Assembly: GCA_026914155.1 (NCBI GenBank)
Contig: JAPPGH010000039.1
Location: 63,351 to 127,350 of the forward strand
DNA length: 64,000 nucleotides
Reading direction: 5' to 3'
DNA from: Candidatus Palauibacter rhopaloidicola
GTDB lineage: Bacteria; Gemmatimonadota; Gemmatimonadetes; Palauibacterales; Palauibacteraceae
Translations under genes and position numbers: made by a program
The notes under the pieces: generated by a model
Databases searched by the model: none
What the model was told of the DNA's origin: nothing
What the model saw: only the letters and a program-made list of their open reading frames with translations
In this document: positions 1-8,525 of the stretch, in pieces
How the letters are laid out: each line of letters begins with the position of its first letter
Numbering within the stretch: position 1 is the first letter of the stretch

Positions 1-554
1 GAGACGGGGTGGTCCGGGACCGCGTCGTCGAGGTCCGCGCGGGTCAGCGGGCGCCCGTCCTCGAGCTTCGTGTCGTCGTAGAGGAAACCCTGCACCCACT
101 GGCCGGGCGGCGTGTTCTGGGCCCGCTCGCCGAGCGCGCTCTTGATGCCCTCGATCGAGCGCACGTCGAGGCTCACCTGCTTGAGGTGCTTCGTGCCGGA
201 GTAGAAGGGATGGTTGTGCGCGTCGATGAAGCCGGGAACGACGGTGTGGCCGGCGGCGTCGATGACGTCGGTTCCCGGGCCGATGAGGTTGGAGACGTCG
301 TCGCTCGAGCCCACGGCGAGGAAGCGCCCGCTCTTGACGGCGAACGCCTCGGCCCGCGGCAGGCCGTCATCCACGGTGTAGACGGTTGCGTCGCGGACGA
401 CGAGGTCCGCGGGCCCGCCCGGCGGGGCGCCGGCGCCGGCGCCGGATCCGCCCGCGGAGTCCCCGGCGCCTCCCGGGCCGCAGCCCGCCAGCGCCGCGCC
501 GCCCGCCGCGAGGCCGGAGATTGCCATGAAGTCACGCCGCGTGAAGTCGCTCAT
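1..554 (-). CDS. TAT/lipoprotein amidohydrolase (YtcJ/Amidohydro_3-like), C-terminal part outside window
   Basis: Manual translation from ATG 554: MSDFTRRDFMAISGLAAGGAALAGC (twin-Arg + lipobox), then AEAFAVKSGRFLAVG and VVPGFIDAHNH (metal-binding HxH); runs off the window edge so it is absent from the ORF track. Confidence 0.85.
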   Translation of the reverse strand, partial: MSDFTRRDFMAISGLAAGGAALAGCGPGGAGDSAGGSGAGAGAPPGGPADLVVRDATVYTVDDGLPRAEAFAVKSGRFLAVGSSDDVSNLIGPGTDVIDAAGHTVVPGFIDAHNHPFYSGTKHLKQVSLDVRSIEGIKSALGERAQNTPPGQWVQGFLYDDTKLEDGRPLTRADLDDAVPDHPV

Positions 555-591
555 TCCGGTGTTCCTCCGACGGTGGATCGGTTGGCGTCTC

Positions 592-1119
592 CTACTTTAG
601 CTCGACGAGTTGTTCGGGGTCCACGCGCACGACGATGTAGGTGATCGTCTCGGTGATCTCGCTGAAGCCGTGCGGCGAGCCCGCCGGGATGATGAGCATG
701 TCGCCGGGTCCGATCTCCTGGCTCTCCCCGCCCACGATCCCGCCCACGGCGCTGGGGCCGGTGAGCGTCCGCACGGTCTGTCCCTCCGGGTCCAGTTCCC
801 GCGCGTTCGACAGGTCGCCTCCGGTCACGAGCGTGCCGCGGCCCGAGACGACGTAGTAGACCTCGGTCTGCTTGTGGTGCTGGATCGCCCCGAGCGACGT
901 GGTCGGCGGGCGCTGGACGACGCCGACGCCGGCGTTGTGTCCGCCCGCGTCGATGTGCCGGATCTGCTGGTCGCTGACCCGGCCCTCCGGCGCGTTCGCG
1001 ATCGTGGCGAGGATGTCGGCTGCGGAGATGTAGGTGGCCGGCGGGTTGTCCGGGCGGTCGCCCGGCGCCGCGCTCCAGAGGACACCCGCCGCGAGGGCGG
1101 CGACGATGAGCTTCGACAT
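592..1119 (-). CDS. Secreted cupin-domain protein
   Basis: Signal peptide; cupin motifs QHHKQTEVYYVVSG and GPGDMLIIPAGSPH. Confidence 0.8.
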   Translation of the reverse strand: MSKLIVAALAAGVLWSAAPGDRPDNPPATYISAADILATIANAPEGRVSDQQIRHIDAGGHNAGVGVVQRPPTTSLGAIQHHKQTEVYYVVSGRGTLVTGGDLSNARELDPEGQTVRTLTGPSAVGGIVGGESQEIGPGDMLIIPAGSPHGFSEITETITYIVVRVDPEQLVELK

Positions 1120-1224
1120 GGTCCGGCTCCCGTTTCGATTCGTGGAGGGATGAGACGGTCCACGACACTAAGCACGGCCGAGGGTCCCGGTCCACGGCTC
1201 ACCCCACGGCTGCGGGTTGGCACG

Positions 1225-1240
1225 CGTTCCCGCGGGAACG
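1225..1240. repeat. Perfect 16-bp palindrome CGTTCCCGCGGGAACG (copy 1 of 3)
   Basis: Seen directly; intergenic between divergent genes. Confidence 0.85.
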
Positions 1241-1345
1241 TGTCGCGGTGCGTCGCTGTCCTGCGAACGGGTTGCGGACGTACGTTCGGAGGGTCGTATT
1301 CGAGGTCTGCGACAGACCGCGCACGAGAGGGATCAGGAGGGACGG

Positions 1346-2614
1346 ATGACCGAGTGGAGCCGCCGCAACTTCGTCAGGACGGCCGCCGCCGCGGGGCTCG
1401 CGCTCCCGGCCGCGCCGGCCCTCGCGCACACCGTTGGGGCGCCCGAAGGCGGTGACGGCGCCGGGCCGGTCCTCGACTCGCTTCCACGCTCGGACGATGA
1501 TCCGCTGGGGATCCGGGGCCAGTTTCCGGTCACCGAGGAGTTCGCGTACCTGAACACGGCGTCCACGGGGCCGCTTCCGCGTCCGGTGCACGAGGCGCTC
1601 GTCGCGTACGCGGACGAGAAGCTGAGCTACAACGATCCCGCGAGCCGCGGGCGGGCCACGGCCCGCGCCCGCAGCCGTTTCGCGAGCCTGTTCGGGGCGG
1701 ACGAAGACGAGATCGCGCTTCTGTTCTCGACCAGCGACGGCGAGAACATGGTGGCGAAGGCGATCGACTGGCAGCCGGGCGACAACGTGGTCATCGACGA
1801 ACTCCACTTCGTCACCGCCTTCGTCGTATACCGCGAACTCGAGCGGCGCCACGGAGTCGAACTCCGGATCATTCCCTCGCGCGAGGGGCGCGCCCAACCC
1901 GAGGACTACGACGCCTACACCGACGACCGCACGCGCCTCATCAGCGTGGCGTGGGTCTCGAACCGGAACGGGTTCCGGCACGACCTGTCGACGCTGGCCG
2001 AGATCGCGCATGCCCGTGGCGGCTACCTGTTCGCCGACGGGATCCAGGCGTTCGGCACGTTCCCCACGAACCTCCACAACGAGGGTGTCGACTTCGCCTG
2101 CGGCAACGGCTACAAGTGGCTCTTCGCCGACTTCGGCTGCGCGCCGCTGTACGTGCGCCGGGAGCACCACGAGTGGATGCAGCCCGACCGCTTCGGGCAC
2201 GGGCATGTGGCCGAGACGCTCCCCGAGCACCAGTACCGGCTGAAGACGGACGCGCAGAAGTACGAGTATGCGAACCCCGCCTACGGCCCGATCGCGGCCA
2301 TGGACGCCGCCCTCGGCTTCCTCGGCGAGGTGGGTCTGGAGCGGATCGCCGAGCACACGCACGCGCTCGCGGGCCAACTCCGCGAGGGTGCCGCGGACCT
2401 CGGCATGAAGCTCTTCACGCCGCCCGCCAATCCCTCGGCCATCGTGAGCTTCTACCACGGGATGGATCCGGACGAACTCGGCGACGCCCTGCGCGCGGAA
2501 GGCGTGTTCTTCACGTTTCAGGAGGGAGGGGAACTCCTCCGCGCCGCCGTCGCGATGTTCAACAACCGCGACGACGTCGACCGCCTCCTCGGAGTCATCG
2601 CCGCCCGCGTATAG
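1346..2614 (+). CDS. TAT-exported class V PLP aminotransferase / cysteine desulfurase-like protein
   Basis: RBS AGGAGG before ATG 1346; SRRNFV twin-Arg signal; YLNTASTGP, FADGIQAFG, GYKWL (PLP lysine). Confidence 0.85.
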   Translation: MTEWSRRNFVRTAAAAGLALPAAPALAHTVGAPEGGDGAGPVLDSLPRSDDDPLGIRGQFPVTEEFAYLNTASTGPLPRPVHEALVAYADEKLSYNDPASRGRATARARSRFASLFGADEDEIALLFSTSDGENMVAKAIDWQPGDNVVIDELHFVTAFVVYRELERRHGVELRIIPSREGRAQPEDYDAYTDDRTRLISVAWVSNRNGFRHDLSTLAEIAHARGGYLFADGIQAFGTFPTNLHNEGVDFACGNGYKWLFADFGCAPLYVRREHHEWMQPDRFGHGHVAETLPEHQYRLKTDAQKYEYANPAYGPIAAMDAALGFLGEVGLERIAEHTHALAGQLREGAADLGMKLFTPPANPSAIVSFYHGMDPDELGDALRAEGVFFTFQEGGELLRAAVAMFNNRDDVDRLLGVIAARV

Positions 2615-2647
2615 GGGTCGGCTCCGGCGCGCAGCTTCTCTCGGGGT

Positions 2648-3082
2648 TTACGCCGCCGGATCGATCACCGTAAGGAACGGAAAGCGGCGAAAACCCGCAT
2701 CGCGTGTGCATATGCGGCTGACGCCGTGCTCGCGCATCAAGACGGCCGTGTGCACATCGTGCATCTGGTTCGCGCGGATTTCCGGAAGCTCCTCGACCGT
2801 CCGGGCGAGGACCGCCGCGTGACGCGGCGTCGCGGTCAACAGGTCGACGCCCGGCGAGTTGAGGAGCTCCGAGAGAAAGCGCCAGGCCTCCCCAGTTCGC
2901 CACGGTGACGGCATCACCTGCGGGTGCGTGGTCACGCGCAGGAACTCGTAACAGACGCTCCACGTGAGGAAGGACGGTGAAGGCCCGCGACGCGCTTCGT
3001 CCAACTGCTGCCGGCAGGGGAGGTGGAATTCCGAGTTCCTGCTCGCGGCGTACACAAGCACATTGGTGTCGAAGACCAGCGT
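2648..3082 (-). CDS. vapC: VapC-family PIN-domain toxin (apparent ACG start)
   Basis: (T)LVFDTNVLVYA, YEFLRVTTHP, HDVHTAVLM, TRDAGFRRF: PIN acidic residues present. Confidence 0.85.
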   Translation of the reverse strand, partial: TLVFDTNVLVYAASRNSEFHLPCRQQLDEARRGPSPSFLTWSVCYEFLRVTTHPQVMPSPWRTGEAWRFLSELLNSPGVDLLTATPRHAAVLARTVEELPEIRANQMHDVHTAVLMREHGVSRICTRDAGFRRFPFLTVIDPAA

Positions 3083-3083
3083 C

Positions 3084-3629
3084 TCACTCCTCTTCCATCA
3101 CGCGGTAGAGCGCGTCCCGGTCGGCGATGTCGACCAGAGGCTCGCCACCACGCCAGGTTGGAAGGGGCTTCAGCGCGTCGGGATCGGCGTCGACCGTACT
3201 CGGCTCGGCCAGCACCCGCCTCAGCCCCGCCTCCAGGAGTTCGGACACGGTCGTCCGCCGCCGCTCGGCCTCTTCTCGCAGGCGGCGCATCAATGTGTCG
3301 TCGACGCGAAGGGCTTCGTCGGGCGCCGACCTTTCCCGCACGGCCCGCACTCCGTGCCGCCTGAGGCGGATCTCGTCCTCCCGTCTCCGAATCCGGGCGC
3401 TGTCGTAGTCCGCCTGCATCCGCATCAGCTGCTCCACGTTGACCCCGAACGCCTGCTCGATGCGCAGCGCCATCGTTGCGGAGAGATCGGAGCGGCCATT
3501 CAGGAAGGCCGACAACGCGGGCCGCGAGACACCGAGCACCGCTGCCGCCTCGACCACAGTCAGGTCGCGCGGCTCGATGATCTCGGTCCTGACGAATTCC
3601 CCCGGGTGAGGGGGGGGCGGCCGGGTCAC
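3084..3629 (-). CDS. HigA-type HTH antitoxin fused to VapB/RHH-type antitoxin
   Basis: PPHPGE...AAAVLGVSRPALSAFLNGRSDLSATMALRIEQAFG (HigA), then LRVDDTLMRRLREEAERRRTTVSELLEAGLR...DIADRDALY (VapB-like); GTG 3629 with GGAGG RBS. Confidence 0.75.
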   Translation of the reverse strand: MTRPPPPHPGEFVRTEIIEPRDLTVVEAAAVLGVSRPALSAFLNGRSDLSATMALRIEQAFGVNVEQLMRMQADYDSARIRRREDEIRLRRHGVRAVRERSAPDEALRVDDTLMRRLREEAERRRTTVSELLEAGLRRVLAEPSTVDADPDALKPLPTWRGGEPLVDIADRDALYRVMEEE

Positions 3630-3667
3630 TGGATGACGTCCTCCGGAGGTGAATCTTCGAACCGTAT

Positions 3668-3697
3668 TCCGTAAAGTGTCGCATGACGCCATACGGA
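3668..3697. promoter_or_regulatory. Imperfect inverted repeat, likely TA operator
   Basis: TCCGTA-aa-GTGTC-gcat-GACGC-ca-TACGGA overlapping a minus-strand TTGCCA-N17-GACACT promoter-like element. Confidence 0.5.
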
Positions 3698-3711
3698 TGG
3701 CAAATCTTCGA

Positions 3712-6700
3712 TCAGTCGCGCGGCGGCCTGATCTCCAGCGGCGGGAGACCCGCTTCCCCGAGGCGCCGGTTCAGGCGGGACAGGTCGCCCGTGAGCATCC
3801 GTTCCAGGGTCCGCAGGTGCTCGTCCAGCTCCGCGGACAGCTCGTTGAAGACCGCCTCGTACGCGTCGAGCGGGGTGCCGTCTCCCCGCTCCAGGTGGCT
3901 GCGCAGGCCGGTCAGGCGGTCGTTGAGCTTGATGGGGAAGGCGATCTTGTCCTTCGGGCTCTGGTTCCGGAGCTGGTAGAGTTCTCCCGCGACCGCCTCG
4001 ATCGCCGCCGCGAAGGCGGACACCTCGTCCCGGAGGGCGTCGTCCTCGATGTCCGCGGCGGTCGCGTCGATCCGGGCGAGGAGATCGCGCGCCAGGATGA
4101 CGCTCTCGTTGGCCCGGCCCTCGGCGTCGCGGATCGCCATGGCGAGGCGGAACTGATCGGTTAAGGCGGCGGCGGGCACGTCTCCGAGTCTCGGGTCGCG
4201 GCGCACCTCGAAGGCCTCCTCGCGCGTGGTTCCGTCGACCGTCAACTGCGCCAGGTAGCGCCCCGGCGGCGCCCACGGGCCCAAGGCGGGGTTGCCGCCC
4301 TCGAGGACGATCCCCGGGAACGTCACCGCGCCCGGGTAGCGGAGGTCCCAGCGGATCCGGTGGGTGCCCCCGCGCACCGTTCCGTCGACAAGAGTGCGGA
4401 CGGGTTCGCGGTCGTCCGTCAGGATGTCGAGTCGCACGCGGACCTCCGGCGCGCTCACGCGGAAGTCGATCGTCGCGGGGATCGATCGCCGAACCGCGTC
4501 GGCCGGGGAGAAGAGGTGTACGTCGGCGGTCGCGACATCCGCCCGTAGCTGCCGCAGCGTTTCGATGTCGTCGAGGACCCAGAAGGAGCGGCCGTGCGTG
4601 CTGATCACGAGGTCGCGCGCCTCGACCGAGATCCCCGTGACGGGCGTATCCGGGAGCCGGAACGACAGGTCGCTCCAACTCGAGCCGCCGTCGAAGGAAA
4701 CGAAGACGCCGTGCTCGGTGCCCGCGTAGAGGAGGCCGGCGCGCGCCGGATCCTCCCGGATCACGCGCACGAAGGCGCCCTCGGGGATGCCATCGACGAT
4801 CCGTTTCCAACTTGCTCCGTAGTCGTCCGTCCTCCACGCGTACGGCGACCGGTCGTCCATCTCGTACCGGATCCCGGCCACGTGCGCGCTCGCGGGATGG
4901 TGCGGAGACACCTCCACGGTCATGACGCGCGTGTGCGGGGGCATGTCGGGCGGCGTGACGTCCCGCCAGTTGCCGCCGCCATCGCGCGATACGTGCACGA
5001 GACCGTCGTCGGATCCGGTCCAGATCGTCTCCGGATCGTGCGGCGAAAGCCCGATCGAGTAGAGCGTGCCGTAGATCTCGGGCCCGTCCTGATCCTTGAC
5101 GACCGGGCCACCGGAGTCGTCGAGCGTTTCCGGCTCGGCCCGGGTCAGGTCCGGGCTGATCTTCGCCCACGACTCACCCTCATCGAGCGACCTCCAGAGG
5201 TGTTGGGATCCGACGTACAGCGCGTGGGGCGCCAGGGGCGACACGGCGATGGGATAGGTCCAGTTCCACCGCTCGGGCATGTCCCGCGCGGGCTCGCCCA
5301 TGACGATGCGGGGCCACGGCTGGATGTCCGTAGCGGCGCCGGTCTCGCGGTCGTACCGGGTGAGCGTGTTCGTCGCGCCCGCGTAGAAGATGTCGGGGTC
5401 GGCGGGGTGCGGCGCGATGTAGCCGCTCTCGCCTCCGCCCACCGGGTACATCCACTCCGCGCTTGGGCTCGCGGGATCCCGCAGGTGCGCCCACTCGGAG
5501 GACACGCACACGGTGGTGTTGTCCTGCTGCGCGCCGCACACGTGGTAGGGGAAGTCGGCGGTCGTCGCGAGGCGGTAGATCTGGGCCGTCGGATACCGCA
5601 TCGACGTCCACGTCCGCCCGCCGTTCACCGTGACGACGCCACCTCCGTCGTTGCCGTCGATCATGCGCAGCGGGTTCGTCGGATCGATCCACAGGTCGTG
5701 GTGGTCGACGTGAGTCTCCGGCACGCTCTCGAGCGTCCGTCCGCCGTCGGTGGAGCGCATGAGCCGGAAGTTGAGGATGTAGAGCGTGTTCCGGTCGACG
5801 GGGTCCGCCACCAGGCGCTGGAAGTAGAACGCGCGCTGCCAGATGTCCCGGTGGCCGTTGACGAATGTCCACGTCAGGCCCCCGTCGTCGGAGCGGTACA
5901 GCCCGCCCCGCTCGGCCTCGAGGTTCGCCCATACCCGGTTCGGATCCGCGCCGGACACGGCAATCGTGATCTTGCCGAGCACGCCGTCTGGAAGGCCCAG
6001 GCTGCGCGTGAGGTCGGTCCACGTGTCGCCGCCATCGGTGGACTTGAAGATCCCCGACCCTTCGCCACCGCTCCACAGGCGCCACGGCTTGCGGTACACC
6101 TGCCACAGCGTCGCGTACAGGACGTCCGGATCGCTCGGATCCAGGACGAGGTCGACGGCTCCCGTGCGCTCGTCGCGGAAGAGCACCTTCTCCCACGTGT
6201 CTCCCCCATCGGTCGTCCGGAAGACGCCGCGCTCCGGGTTGGGACCGAAGGGATGGCCGAGCGCCGCCACGTAGGCGCGGTTCGGGTCGGTGGGGTGGAT
6301 GCGGATGCGTCCGATCGCGTGGGTGTCGGCCAGACCGAGGTGGCGCCACGTCTTCCCGGCATCGTCAGAGCGGTAGACGCCGTCGCCCTGGAGGACGTTG
6401 GCGCGGAGCTGCACCTCGCCCATGCCGATGTAGACGAGGTCCGGGTCGGAGGGGGCCATCGCGACCGCCCCGACAGAGGCGCTGCCCACCTGCCCATCGG
6501 TCACCGGGGTCCATGTCGTCCCGCCATCCGTCGTCTTGAACAGCCCTCCGCCCGTCGCGCCGAAGTAGTACTCGAACGGCCGTTCGGCGTGGCCCGCCAC
6601 GGCGATGGAGCGTCCGCCCCGGTCCGGTCCGATCGACCGCCACTCCATGGGAGGCAGGAGCGAGACGTAGTCCTGGGCTCCGAGCCCCGCCGGCATCGCG

Positions 6701-6810
6701 GCCAACGACAGCGGGGCCAACGACAGCGGGGCCAGGACCGAGAGAGCGAGGAACGACGCTCGGACACGCTCCAGGGGCGAGATGACCGGCGGACGAACGC
6801 TGTCGTACAT
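3712..6810 (-). CDS. Secreted VPS10/BNR (Asp-box) repeat glycosyl hydrolase-like protein
   Basis: WRSIGPDRGGRS and many S/T-x-D-G-G-x-T-W Asp-boxes; start ATG 6810 (the longer ORF upstream is an off-frame extension through the symporter gene). Confidence 0.85.
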   Translation of the reverse strand: MYDSVRPPVISPLERVRASFLALSVLAPLSLAPLSLAAMPAGLGAQDYVSLLPPMEWRSIGPDRGGRSIAVAGHAERPFEYYFGATGGGLFKTTDGGTTWTPVTDGQVGSASVGAVAMAPSDPDLVYIGMGEVQLRANVLQGDGVYRSDDAGKTWRHLGLADTHAIGRIRIHPTDPNRAYVAALGHPFGPNPERGVFRTTDGGDTWEKVLFRDERTGAVDLVLDPSDPDVLYATLWQVYRKPWRLWSGGEGSGIFKSTDGGDTWTDLTRSLGLPDGVLGKITIAVSGADPNRVWANLEAERGGLYRSDDGGLTWTFVNGHRDIWQRAFYFQRLVADPVDRNTLYILNFRLMRSTDGGRTLESVPETHVDHHDLWIDPTNPLRMIDGNDGGGVVTVNGGRTWTSMRYPTAQIYRLATTADFPYHVCGAQQDNTTVCVSSEWAHLRDPASPSAEWMYPVGGGESGYIAPHPADPDIFYAGATNTLTRYDRETGAATDIQPWPRIVMGEPARDMPERWNWTYPIAVSPLAPHALYVGSQHLWRSLDEGESWAKISPDLTRAEPETLDDSGGPVVKDQDGPEIYGTLYSIGLSPHDPETIWTGSDDGLVHVSRDGGGNWRDVTPPDMPPHTRVMTVEVSPHHPASAHVAGIRYEMDDRSPYAWRTDDYGASWKRIVDGIPEGAFVRVIREDPARAGLLYAGTEHGVFVSFDGGSSWSDLSFRLPDTPVTGISVEARDLVISTHGRSFWVLDDIETLRQLRADVATADVHLFSPADAVRRSIPATIDFRVSAPEVRVRLDILTDDREPVRTLVDGTVRGGTHRIRWDLRYPGAVTFPGIVLEGGNPALGPWAPPGRYLAQLTVDGTTREEAFEVRRDPRLGDVPAAALTDQFRLAMAIRDAEGRANESVILARDLLARIDATAADIEDDALRDEVSAFAAAIEAVAGELYQLRNQSPKDKIAFPIKLNDRLTGLRSHLERGDGTPLDAYEAVFNELSAELDEHLRTLERMLTGDLSRLNRRLGEAGLPPLEIRPPRD

Positions 6811-6845
6811 GCTTGCCTCCGAAGCCGAAGGTTGAATCCGGAACC

Positions 6846-8351
6846 CTATCTGATCTCCTCGCGGATGGCGGCCAGCTCCTCGACCGCGCCCTCCGGCGGC
6901 TGCGTGAACAAGCTCACGCCGATGGTGACGGCGAACCCCGCCGCGAAGCCCGGGAGCATCTCGTACAGGTCGTAGAAGCCCGCCTTGAAGAGGACGACCC
7001 ACAGCATCGTCACGAGGAAACCGGCGATCATGCCGGCGAGCGCGCCGGCTCGCGTGGTTCGGGCCCAGAAGAGCGAGCACAGCACGACCGGGGCGAATGC
7101 CGCCGCGAGGCCGGACCAGGCGAAGAGGACGAACCAGAAGATCGCCCGCTCGGCGGTGAGCGCGAGCAGCAGGCCGGTCACGCCGAGCACGACCGTCACC
7201 GCCTTGCCCAGCACGGAGAGCGCGCGCTGCCGGGCGTCGGGGCGGAAGATCTTCTGGTAGACGTCCCGCACCGCCGCGGAGGAGGCGAGGATCAGCAGGG
7301 AATCGGCGGTCGACATGATGGCGGCGAGGACGACGATGAGGACGAGGCCCGTGAACAGGTCGGGCAGGAGGCCCGCGGCCATGGCGGGGAGCGCCGTCTC
7401 GGGGTCGGCGAGGGCCGGGTAGAGGACGCGGGCGGCCATCCCGGTGAACACGGCCCCCAGGTCGAAGACGATGATGCAGCCGACGGCGATCGGCCCCGCC
7501 TTCCGGATCTCGCGCTGGTCGCGCGCCGCGAGGAAACGTGCCAGGAGTTGCGGGGCGCCGAGGAACGCGAGTCCGACGCCCACGAACCCGGCCGCGCTCG
7601 CGATCCCGAGCGGGGTGACGCCAAGCCCGCCGCCGAGCCGCAGGAGGTCCGGGCCGGACGCCTGCAGCCCCTCGAACACGGCGAGAGGTTCGGCCGCCCG
7701 CAGCCCGTCCATGAGCGCGCCCCAGCCCCCCACCGCGCCGATGCCGACGAACGGCAGGCCGAGGAGGCACGCGAACATGAGCACGCCCTGGGCGAAGTCC
7801 GAATACGCCACCGCCTTGAATCCGCCCACGACGGTGTAGAAGAGGACCACGGCGAGGCCGAGCCCGACGCCCACGCCGTAGCCGGTGCCGAGGAAGGAGT
7901 CGAACGCCTTGCCGGTCGCCGTGAGCTGCGCCCCCACGTAGAAGGCGACCATGGAGAGGACGATGACGGCCCCGACGATGCGGAAGCTGTGCGTCTTGTC
8001 CCGGAAGCGGTCCTCGAGGTAGTCGGGGACGGTGATCGAACCGTAGCGGTCGGTGAACGCCTTGAACGGCCGCGCCACGAAGGCCCAGGCGAGCGCGACG
8101 CCGAGCACCTCGCCCAGGACGACCCACAGCGCGTGCATGCCGAGCGCGTACCCGATCCCCGTGAGCCCGAGCAGAAGCCAGGCGCTCTCTCCCGTCGCGT
8201 TGGAGGAGAAGGCGAGGACCCACGCCGGGAGCTTCTTCCCGGCCGCGTAGTAGCCCTTCACGTCGTGCGATTCCTTCCCGCCCCACACCCCGATGACGAG
8301 GAGGAAGAGGAGATAGACGACCACGACGCCGATGATCACGGGAGAGGGCAT
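6846..8351 (-). CDS. Sodium:solute symporter (PutP-like)
   Basis: Many TM segments; SSNATGESAWLLLGL, GGFKAVAYSD, AAIMSTADS motifs. Confidence 0.9.
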   Translation of the reverse strand: MPSPVIIGVVVVYLLFLLVIGVWGGKESHDVKGYYAAGKKLPAWVLAFSSNATGESAWLLLGLTGIGYALGMHALWVVLGEVLGVALAWAFVARPFKAFTDRYGSITVPDYLEDRFRDKTHSFRIVGAVIVLSMVAFYVGAQLTATGKAFDSFLGTGYGVGVGLGLAVVLFYTVVGGFKAVAYSDFAQGVLMFACLLGLPFVGIGAVGGWGALMDGLRAAEPLAVFEGLQASGPDLLRLGGGLGVTPLGIASAAGFVGVGLAFLGAPQLLARFLAARDQREIRKAGPIAVGCIIVFDLGAVFTGMAARVLYPALADPETALPAMAAGLLPDLFTGLVLIVVLAAIMSTADSLLILASSAAVRDVYQKIFRPDARQRALSVLGKAVTVVLGVTGLLLALTAERAIFWFVLFAWSGLAAAFAPVVLCSLFWARTTRAGALAGMIAGFLVTMLWVVLFKAGFYDLYEMLPGFAAGFAVTIGVSLFTQPPEGAVEELAAIREEIR

Positions 8352-8525
8352 TCAAGCCTCCGTTCGCGTTGTTTGGGCGACCTCGCGCCTGGTACCTTCC
8401 GCCACGGGCGGGCCGCTGACAACCATCGTGCGAGGATTCGGTGTCGGCAGTGTGTCGGCGGCGCGGGATCCGTGCGGGCCCCGCATGCGCGCAACCCCTG
8501 GATTGAGGGACATCTCGGAGGGCGT

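Noticed and set aside
1161-1170. CACGACACTA matching the MITE right end
   Set aside because: Only 10 bp with no partner end; probably chance.
6700-6734. 15-bp tandem repeat
   Set aside because: In-frame slippage duplication encoding APLSL twice in a signal peptide.
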